The notes beneath the pieces are model-generated. The model ran no database searches and was not told where the DNA came from. It saw only the letters and a program-made list of their open reading frames with translations. A stretch of 64,000 nt of DNA from Nitrospinales bacterium (GTDB lineage: Bacteria > Nitrospinota > Nitrospinia > Nitrospinales > VA-1): the NCBI GenBank assembly GCA_965223345.1, contig CBDCWG010000012.1, positions 3,168,001 through 3,232,000 on the forward strand. Direction: 5' to 3'. Positions 49,549-58,000 of the stretch are shown one piece after another. The translations under genes were made by a program, and so were the position numbers. The first letter of the stretch is position 1. Every line of letters begins with the position of its first letter.

Positions 49549-50235
49549 ATGCAAAAACACCTATTGCTGATCTTTATTCTACTGGGATGGCCCGGTTTGG
49601 CCTATTCCGGCACCATCGAAGGCAAGGCCACGTATGCGGCTGACGTCGAACTGCCGAAAACGCTGAGCACCGGCAAGTACCGCAAGGCCTGCGGCCCCGA
49701 GGTCCCGAACGAAAAATTGCTTGTTGATAACAAAGGCCTGATGAATGTGGTTCTGTATCTCGAAGGCAAGATCCCCGGCGGGAAACCGGGGGTGCACAAA
49801 ATGAATCAGGACAAATGCCGCTACGAACCGCACGTCATGGTGATGATGCAGGGGGCGGAGCTTGAGATCACCTCCAGCGATCCGATCAACCACAACATCC
49901 ACACCTATTCGTTCGAGAACGACCCGATCAACATCATGTTCACGCCGGACCAGGAACCCTACACCCAGGAGATGGAAGAACCGGAAATCATCAAGGTGGA
50001 ATGCGACCTGCACCACTGGATGAGCGCCTGGATTCTGGTGACGGAAAATTCCTTTTCCGGCGTCTCCGGCAAGACCGGGGAATTTTCGATCCCGGACGTT
50101 CCGCCGGGAGAATACACGCTCAACGCCTGGCACGAGGTGTTGGGCAGTATCAGTAAAAAGATAAAAGTCGGTGACGGCGTCACCAAAGTTGATTTCGATT
50201 TTTCCAAAATGCCGCCCCAGCTTTCGAAAAAATAG
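49549..50235 (+). CDS. Secreted cupredoxin-like / carboxypeptidase-regulatory-like protein
   Basis: HNIH...ECDLHHWM type-1-copper-like ligand set; VPPGEYTLNAWHE. Confidence 0.8.
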   Translation: MQKHLLLIFILLGWPGLAYSGTIEGKATYAADVELPKTLSTGKYRKACGPEVPNEKLLVDNKGLMNVVLYLEGKIPGGKPGVHKMNQDKCRYEPHVMVMMQGAELEITSSDPINHNIHTYSFENDPINIMFTPDQEPYTQEMEEPEIIKVECDLHHWMSAWILVTENSFSGVSGKTGEFSIPDVPPGEYTLNAWHEVLGSISKKIKVGDGVTKVDFDFSKMPPQLSKK

Positions 50236-50289
50236 GTTGTTTCGATCGCCGGGTTTCCATAAAAATCCTGTTTTTGGAGTATACGGATC

Positions 50290-51141
50290 ATGAAAATCGC
50301 ACCCCGTCTTTTGCAAACGCTTCCCGCCCTGTTTGTATTCCTGCTGTTCGCAGCACCGGCAGGGGCCTATCAGGAGATCGAAGTCAAAAACGGGGGCACC
50401 ATTCAGGGCAAGGCTTCGCTGAAAGGCGCCATGCCGCCGCCGAGGTGGTATCACTTGGTGCTGTTTCCCAACATCGACATGTGCGCGGAAGTGGACACCG
50501 ATGAGAACATGAACCGGGTGCTGGACGATTTCAAAATTTCCGAGGGCGGCGGGCTCAAAGACGTCGTGATCACGCTGGAAAAAGTCGAAGCGGGCAAGCC
50601 TTGGAACAAGGAACCGATCATGATCGATTCGGAAGACTGCAAGTTCCTTCCGGATGTCAACGTCATCCGCCAGGGGGAATCCTTCAAGGTCAACAACGTC
50701 GATGCGGTCATGCACAACAGTCAGGTCTATCAGAAAGAGCGGGGAAAGATCATCCTGAACATCCCGATTCCGGCGGAAGAAGTGTCCGAAGGCATCGTGA
50801 CGTTCCAGAAGGATTACAAGATCATGCAGATGATCTGCGGCATGCACGAGTTCATGCAGACCTGGGGCTACCGGGTGCAGAACCCCTACTATTTCAAAAC
50901 CAGGATCGACGGCAATTACAAAATAGAGAACATCCCGCCCGGCGAGTACACCGTCAACGCGTGGCACTACCTGATGAAAATCAGGAGTAAAAAGATCACG
51001 GTCACCGAAAACGCCGTCATCGACCTGAATTTCGATTTCGACGGCAACGAAGTCGAACGGCCGCTGTACGAGACGATCAAATCGGGCCGCATCAAGCACG
51101 AGGCGTCTCAATACAAAGAAAAAGTCTTCGGCAGTAAATGA
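50290..51141 (+). CDS. Secreted cupredoxin-like / carboxypeptidase-regulatory-like protein
   Basis: MHNSQ...ICGMHEFM; NPYYFKT..DGNY.IENIPPGEY..AWH. Confidence 0.8.
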   Translation: MKIAPRLLQTLPALFVFLLFAAPAGAYQEIEVKNGGTIQGKASLKGAMPPPRWYHLVLFPNIDMCAEVDTDENMNRVLDDFKISEGGGLKDVVITLEKVEAGKPWNKEPIMIDSEDCKFLPDVNVIRQGESFKVNNVDAVMHNSQVYQKERGKIILNIPIPAEEVSEGIVTFQKDYKIMQMICGMHEFMQTWGYRVQNPYYFKTRIDGNYKIENIPPGEYTVNAWHYLMKIRSKKITVTENAVIDLNFDFDGNEVERPLYETIKSGRIKHEASQYKEKVFGSK

Positions 51142-53570
51142 TCGCTCCTTTGCCTCAACGCGACCCGCTATCCCGCAGCGTTTTCCCATCGCCCAAGGCT
51201 TCTGCACGGTCCCGGCCGCTCCGGTTCGGTCTGGTTCTGCTCACCACCCTGTTTGCCTGCGTTGTGGTTTCCTCAGCCAGGGCCGAGACAAGACCCCTTC
51301 CCTCGACTTCGGACATGCCCGCATCGATCACGGTGGGCAGCAAGGTGTATGCCCTGAAAACCCTCACCAACCCGTTGCGCGAAGATGCGGTGAACCTGGA
51401 CAAGCACATCCGCGCAGGCGGTGAGGTTTACTTCAAGCATTGTTATCAGTGTCACGGCGACCTGCTGGATGGCGACGGCGTGTTCGGCGACCGTTTTCTG
51501 CCGCCGCCTGCGGATTTCACACACGAAGCCTCGATCCTGACCCTGCCCGAGTCCTACGCGTTCTGGCGCATCATCAAGGGCGGCCCCGGCCTGCCGGAGA
51601 AGTTCGCGCCCTGGGATTCGGCCATGCCGGCGTGGGAAAACCAGCTCGACGAGACACAGATCTGGCAGGTGATTCTCTACATCTTCTCGACGGCGGGAGA
51701 AAAACCGGCGGCGGAATCCGGCGGCGAACCTTCAGTGGCACGCGGCAAAGAGCTGTATTTTGACAAATGCGCCAACTGTCACGGCGAGACCGGCAAGGGG
51801 GACGGGCCTGCAGCGGCTTCCTCCAGCCCGCGGCCGCGCAAATTCCACAAAGGACAATACAAGTTTCGCAGCACGCCGTTCGGCAAGATCCCCACCGATC
51901 AGGACCTGTTCAACATGCTGAGGCGAAAATATCCGGGAACCACCATGCCGGACTGGTCGCACCTTTCCGAAACGGACCGCTGGAGCCTGGTGCTCTACCT
52001 CAAGACGCTGTCGAAAAAATTCCAGCGTTTCATCGACAAGGGGAAAAAGCACAAAATCGTCAGCGTCCCGGAACCACCGCCCTTCAATCTCGACAGCCTG
52101 ACGGCCGGCAAAGAGCTCTACATGATGAACTGTTCCGGCTGCCACGGTGTGAAAGGCCGCAGCGACGGGACCTCGACCAAGAAGATCGTGGACATCGCCA
52201 CGGACGCGATCTATCCGCGAAACCTGACGAAACCCTGGCTGTTCCGGCGCGGCAGCGCGCGCAAGCACCTGTTCCTGACGCTGCGCACCGGCCTGTCTGG
52301 AACGGCGATGCCGCGGTTTTCCGACCGGGTGTTCAAGGATCAGAAAATCTGGGACATGGTTCATTATGTGGAAACGCTGTCGCCTCCGCGACGGCCGCAG
52401 GTACGGCCGCGCATCAAGGTGAACCGCATCGTGGGCGAGTTGCCCGCAACGCGCGTCGATCCTCTGTGGAATCACGCCGAATCGTTTTTCATCCCGCTGG
52501 GTGGGCAGATCCTGGCCGCGGACAAGGCGCACCACCCGACGGTGCAGGATATCTCCGTGAAAGCGCTGCACAACGGCGACTCCATCGCGCTGTACCTGCA
52601 CTGGGACGACCCCTCGGTGGACCCGATCCTCAAAACCCTGACCTCCGTGGAAGAATCGCCGCCGCCGCCGTTGCCGCTGCACCTGCAGATCGATGAGGGC
52701 GAAGAGGATGCCGGCGACGGCCCGCCGGAAGCGCAGAAATTTCCCGATTCGGTGGCGGTCCAGTTTCCGGCGCAGCTTGCGTCAGACGGAACCCGGCCGT
52801 ATTTTTTGAACGGCGACGCCCGCCATCCGGTGAACCTGTGGAAATGGAATTCCTTTCCTTTGAAATCGCTGGAAATGAACGCGCGCGGGCTCACGCAATG
52901 GAACGCGCAGCCGGCAAACAACCAGGCGCTGCAGTCGAACGCGGTGTATGAATTCGGGCGCTACCACCTGGTGATCCAGAGAAAGCTGAAAACGCTGGAC
53001 TTCATCAACGACATCCAGTTTTCTACGGCGCAGCCGGTGCCGATCGCGTTCAATGTGTGGGACGGTTCGCAAGGCGAGACGGGAACGAAAAAAGCCATCT
53101 CAAGTTGGTTTGAATTGATGCTGGAGGAGAAGGCATTGCCGGAAGCGGTCACCAAGCGGGTGCTTCCCAAACCGGAACCGCTGCCGGAACTGGAACCCAG
53201 GATGCTGATCGAGGAAACACTGAGGCCGGAGCCGGAACCCAAGACGCTGATCGAAGAAACGCTGAAGCCGGAGCCGGAACCCAAGACGCTGATCGAAGAA
53301 ACGCTGAAGCCGGAGCCGGTGGCGCCGCTTTCGGAAGCCAGACCTCTTCCCAAACCGGTGCAGCCCAAGCCGGTCAAACGCCGCAAGGTCGAACCGGCGC
53401 CCGACGCTCCCTTGCCGCCGATGGGCGACATCCCGATGCAGGAGCCGGAACCGCTGCCGCCTTCGCTGATGCAACCCACTGCGCCCGAAGCGGAAGTATT
53501 GCCGGAACCCACCGATCCGGATACAACCTTGCCGGTCGAGCTGCCGATCCCGCCTTCGAAAAACCGTTAG
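51138..53570 (+). CDS. Tri-heme cytochrome c fused to an ethylbenzene-dehydrogenase-gamma/DOMON-like domain, with Pro-rich tail
   Basis: CYQCH, CANCH, CSGCH; LHWDD, FPDSVAVQFP, PVNLWKW, IAFNVWDG..GE.G.KK. Confidence 0.85.
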   Translation: MIAPLPQRDPLSRSVFPSPKASARSRPLRFGLVLLTTLFACVVVSSARAETRPLPSTSDMPASITVGSKVYALKTLTNPLREDAVNLDKHIRAGGEVYFKHCYQCHGDLLDGDGVFGDRFLPPPADFTHEASILTLPESYAFWRIIKGGPGLPEKFAPWDSAMPAWENQLDETQIWQVILYIFSTAGEKPAAESGGEPSVARGKELYFDKCANCHGETGKGDGPAAASSSPRPRKFHKGQYKFRSTPFGKIPTDQDLFNMLRRKYPGTTMPDWSHLSETDRWSLVLYLKTLSKKFQRFIDKGKKHKIVSVPEPPPFNLDSLTAGKELYMMNCSGCHGVKGRSDGTSTKKIVDIATDAIYPRNLTKPWLFRRGSARKHLFLTLRTGLSGTAMPRFSDRVFKDQKIWDMVHYVETLSPPRRPQVRPRIKVNRIVGELPATRVDPLWNHAESFFIPLGGQILAADKAHHPTVQDISVKALHNGDSIALYLHWDDPSVDPILKTLTSVEESPPPPLPLHLQIDEGEEDAGDGPPEAQKFPDSVAVQFPAQLASDGTRPYFLNGDARHPVNLWKWNSFPLKSLEMNARGLTQWNAQPANNQALQSNAVYEFGRYHLVIQRKLKTLDFINDIQFSTAQPVPIAFNVWDGSQGETGTKKAISSWFELMLEEKALPEAVTKRVLPKPEPLPELEPRMLIEETLRPEPEPKTLIEETLKPEPEPKTLIEETLKPEPVAPLSEARPLPKPVQPKPVKRRKVEPAPDAPLPPMGDIPMQEPEPLPPSLMQPTAPEAEVLPEPTDPDTTLPVELPIPPSKNR
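53193..53318 (+). repeat. 3 x 42-bp in-frame tandem repeat (EPKTLIEETLKPEP)
   Basis: Units 2 and 3 identical (53235-53276, 53277-53318); unit 1 degenerate. Confidence 0.9.
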
Positions 53571-53600
53571 ACCTGCCGCACGGTCAGCGATACTCTGCGT

Positions 53601-54863
53601 TCAGGAACCGCCGGCAAATTCCCGCAGGGTGAGCGAGCGGAGATAGGCCAAAAGATCCGCCACGTCCTGCACTTCCAATAGATCCTTGAAGTTGCCCGGC
53701 ATCATCGAAATCTTCTGGGTTTTGTATTTTTTGATGGTTTCCTTAGGGATGTGCAGCTCGTTGCCTTCCTTGTCGATGATGTCCAGCCCCTGGTCGTCTT
53801 CCCGCAGTTTGATTCCGGTGATGAACTTGCGTTCTTTCGTCAATATGAGAACGGTGGCGTAACCGGCGGTGATCACCGCTTTCGGGTCGATCAGCGATTC
53901 CAGCAGAAAGCCGGGCGTGCGGCTGCTGCCGACATGGCTGAGGTCCGGGCCGACCTCCCCGCCTTCGCCGTCCACCTTGTGGCATTTGGAGCAATAGACC
54001 ACACCCTCGGGATCGAAAAACAATGCGCGGCCGCGTTCGGGATCGCCGGGCGTTTCCAGATACGGTTTCCATTCCTCAGGAATTGGAGCCTCTTCCGGTT
54101 GCAGGCTTTTCAGGTAGGCGGCGATGGCGCGGGCGTCTTCGGATTCCAGCGCCACATCGGGCATCTGCGTTTCGGATTTGTACGCCTGGGGATGGCTGAC
54201 CCAGGCGTACACCCATTCGGGGCTGTAGAAAAAACCGGCGCGGGTCAGCTCCGGCCCGATCTTGCCGCCTTCCTCGCCGATCCGGTGGCAGGCGAAGCAG
54301 CTCTTTTTCTTCTTGAACAGTTTTTCCCCGCGTTTGAGGGTTTCCGGGTCGCTGTCGGTTTCGATGAGCCATTGCGCGAACGCTTCGAGCTCTTCCTGAG
54401 TGACGGGCGGATGCCGCGGCCGTTCGTTTTCCACGTCCTCAGGCAGGCTCACAGGATGCGAGCCGTCTTCAGAAAAGCTGCGTATGTAGGCGACCAGCGC
54501 CCAGATCTCGGCCTGGGACAGGGTTTTGCCGAAGGGCGGCATGAGATGGGATTTGCGCACCCCGGCGCCGCCTTTCTGGATCACGCGGAATATCTGGTGA
54601 TTAGTTTTCTTGCGCTGAAACTTGGCGTCGGACAATTCGGCGGGTTCTTTGTCGAGGAATTCGGCGTTGTAGCCATCGCCGTCGCCGTTGATCCCGTGAC
54701 AGTGGGCGCAGAATTTCTGGAACAGTTTTTTCCCCTGGTTCACCAGGGCGGGCGGCGTCTGGTGCCGGGCTGCGACGGTGGTGTCGTCACCGCCTGCGCA
54801 GACCTGCGTCGTGAATGGCATGCAGATCCACCCCAACACAAAAAAGAGCAAACTTTTTTTCAT
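53601..54863 (-). CDS. Tri-heme cytochrome c with C-terminal Planctomycete/Verrucomicrobia-type heme-binding domain
   Basis: CAHCH, CFACH, CSKCH; GDPERGRALF...GPDLS.VG...LESLIDP...SMMP. Confidence 0.85.
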   Translation of the reverse strand: MKKSLLFFVLGWICMPFTTQVCAGGDDTTVAARHQTPPALVNQGKKLFQKFCAHCHGINGDGDGYNAEFLDKEPAELSDAKFQRKKTNHQIFRVIQKGGAGVRKSHLMPPFGKTLSQAEIWALVAYIRSFSEDGSHPVSLPEDVENERPRHPPVTQEELEAFAQWLIETDSDPETLKRGEKLFKKKKSCFACHRIGEEGGKIGPELTRAGFFYSPEWVYAWVSHPQAYKSETQMPDVALESEDARAIAAYLKSLQPEEAPIPEEWKPYLETPGDPERGRALFFDPEGVVYCSKCHKVDGEGGEVGPDLSHVGSSRTPGFLLESLIDPKAVITAGYATVLILTKERKFITGIKLREDDQGLDIIDKEGNELHIPKETIKKYKTQKISMMPGNFKDLLEVQDVADLLAYLRSLTLREFAGGS

Positions 54864-54984
54864 CAATCCTGAATCAGGTTCGGTTTATTTCGTTGAATTT
54901 CAAGAATGATATCTCAAATCCCCGCGGGAATCATTAAAAGAATCGGGAGCCAAACGGTTTTTCGAGTTCTCTGCGCTGTGCGGC

Positions 54985-55020
54985 AAAAAAAAAGCAAGGG
55001 GACCCGATGGGTCCCCTTGC
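54985..55020 (-). terminator. Intrinsic terminator of the multicopper oxidase gene
   Basis: 12-bp perfect stem GCAAGGGGACCC/GGGTCCCCTTGC followed by a U9 run on the minus strand. Confidence 0.88.
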
Positions 55021-55043
55021 CAGATGTTGCGGTTACTGCAGAA

Positions 55044-58000
55044 CTAGCGGTTCATGGACAATCTTTCCTCCCCGACCGCCGGAGTCGAATCGGCTTTCTT
55101 ACCCGATCCGCTTCCTTTGCTCAGAGGCAGGATGGACTGCTCACCCGCAGGAAGCACCTTGAAGTAACCCCACTGACCTGCCTGCTGATAAGGCGTTCTC
55201 GCATTCAGCCACAGGTAAGTGCCGGGGTTCTGGTAGGTGCCGCCGGCTTTGAAGAAGGCCTGGATGTACTCACCGCCACCGAACTCTTCAACGTCGATCA
55301 TATCGGAGTTCTCCTGCATGATGTGGCGGCGCCACTGATGGCCGTCCAGGTTGAACATCTGGTTCTGCTCGTTGTGCGCGCCGAACACGTTGATCATCAC
55401 CTGATCTCCGGCATGTGCTTTGATCACCGGAGTCGCAGGATCGCTGTCCGCCGCGACGCAGGGCGTGAAGATATTGCCCAGATCACAACCTTCATCCTCG
55501 CGGTAGCTCCAGGGCTCCAACCGGTAGTTGACGCCCGTGAGACCCGCCACGTTCTGCAGATAAGGCATGAACGAGGTGCCGAGGATGTTGTCTTCATCCT
55601 GGAAGTACAGAGCGAAATCGCGGTAGTTCTCGAGATGCTCGTTTCCGGGATAGGATTTATCGACGATGACGTCCGCTTTCCAGGAGTTGGCCAAAGAGAT
55701 ATCCTTGCCGGTCTCAGGATCGCGGTACACCGAACCGCGCGGTCCGATGATGATCGCGCCGTACATGCCGTCGCGAACGTTGGTCGTCAGGTTGCCGAAA
55801 TCCCACAGCAATGCGCCGTTCAGACCGTAGTCCGGATGGGCATAATACGTGTAGGTCTTCGACTTGCCAGGCGCCACCGTCTGATCTCCGGGGTTGTTCC
55901 CCACGTTGATCCCCTGGGAATCCATGGGATCGAACGCCACGTTGTTGGCGTGCAGGGACGCGTTCCCTTCTTTCAGGCGGTTGGTCAGCTTGATCTTGAT
56001 GCAGTCGCCGATGTTCGCGCGAATGGTCAGAGGATGCGGCATCCCTCCATCGTCCGCCGCTTTGCTGACTTCACCCTCGAGAGCGAAGATCTTGGCGTTG
56101 GCGTTCGCAAGCAAAAGCTTGCGCTCGAAATCCACCTCGATCTCATCCTCGGTGTTGGGATTGAACTTCAACGCTTTGTTGATCGCCACCACGCTGAAGT
56201 TTTTCACCGGGGCGTCTTTCGGGCAAAGCGTCTTTTTGGCTTTCTTCGCAAAATCACGATTGCCGGGAAGCACTTTCAGGTCTTTCTGCAACTTGTCATG
56301 CACCCGAATGATGCCCCAACTGCCCTCGGAAAGATGCGAAGTCCTTCCATCGTAGTACAGGTAGTCGCCGGCCATCTGCTGGTATCCACCCGCAGTGGTC
56401 GCCAGGTCGTACCGTTCCGCGATGCCCACATGCAGCGCGTTGGTGACCCTCGAATCGCGGTCGTAACGCTCGGGCCGGTAACCGTGACCGGATACCACCC
56501 AAGTGTGGGTTTCGTTCATCATGCCGTGCAGAACCCGGAACATGATGTTATCGCCCACATAGGCGCGCAACATCGGAGTCACAGGATCTCCATGCACTTT
56601 ACTGCTGAACAGCTTGGAAGCGTCCTTATTGGCTTTCAACCGCGAGGACAAAGAAGCCGCCCTGAAGTTGAAACCGCCTCCAGTGGTGTGCGTGCCGCCG
56701 TTCAGATACGGGAACGCCACTTCAAGCATGTCGTCCGGCATCTGGAACGAGATGGACTGACCGGCTGCGATGGCATTCTTGCGGGACAGGCCCGGAGGAT
56801 TGCCTTCGTTCACCAGCTGCGCGGTGTGCGGCACGGTGTCGTGCAACTGTGCCACCAGCTCGCGGAAACTGCCATTACGCCCGTAGGCGAAAGGCTCGGA
56901 ACCATGGATGTCGGCAACCGGACCGCTGCGGATCTCCTTACCCGTTTTGGGATCGTGATACGTGGATCCCCAGGGCTCGACGATCGTCGTTCCGATGCCG
57001 CCGTGCGGCCAGGTGGTCGCGCCGAACGCATGGTCGTGCCAGAACACGAGTCCCAGGTCCGCATCGACCCACCAGCGGTAACGCACGAACTCGGTGCTCA
57101 CGATCTCACCCGCCTTGTGAGCGTGCTTCATGCCCTCAGTGAAGGTGATCTTGTACTTTCCGTCCTTGGCCGGGTTCTTGTTCGGATCCGGACTCATGGA
57201 CTTGATCCAGCGCGCGTCCTTGCCGTTGGGCACCTCGATACCGACGATGATATCCGTACCCACATGGAAGGCCGTTGCGCCTTTCGCCATCTCGATCTCG
57301 ACGGTGGTGTCGCCAGCCTTCGTGGCTTTCAAAAGCTTGGCGTTCATCGGGACCGGCATGCCGACATGGTGGCCGTCCTTCATCTTCTTGCTGAACTGCG
57401 TGTAGGGCCTCATGGACTGATCGTATGAGAACCCGGAAATCACGCCGTCGGAGGCCTGATTGTCGAACTGGAAGAAATGCGGATGGATGTTCAACTTCGA
57501 CATCTGGAAGTTCGTGAAGTCGTCGTCGTTCCATTCGCTGGTGAGCAGAAGGTCCACGCAGTCATACACGTTGGCGCGGATGACCAGAGGAATCGCCTTC
57601 TTGGGATCGGCTTTCACCGCCGCCATTTCTTCATCGATCACGTAGATGAGGCCGTACTTGTCGATGACGGGAGGCGTGTCTCCCACAGCCGGGGTCAGCT
57701 CGATGGGCGTGTTGATGAAGTGCAGGTTGTACTGCTTTCTGCCCGCGCCTTTGGGGCACAGACTCCAGCGGCCCTGCTCGCCGGGTTTCGCGGGTGCGCT
57801 GCTTTCCACGTTCGGCCCGGATTTGCCGCTGCCTGATTCCGTATCGAGGATCTCATCGTCCGGCATCAGGTGGAACGGTTCCAGCCAGGGTGCGCCGCCG
57901 TGATGACGGGCGAACGGAACCCGCTTGCCGAAATGCGGCGTCATGTGCGGCCACGCCAGTTTCCCGGTCCCCGGAGCGAACTGAATCGGATGCCGCTTGC

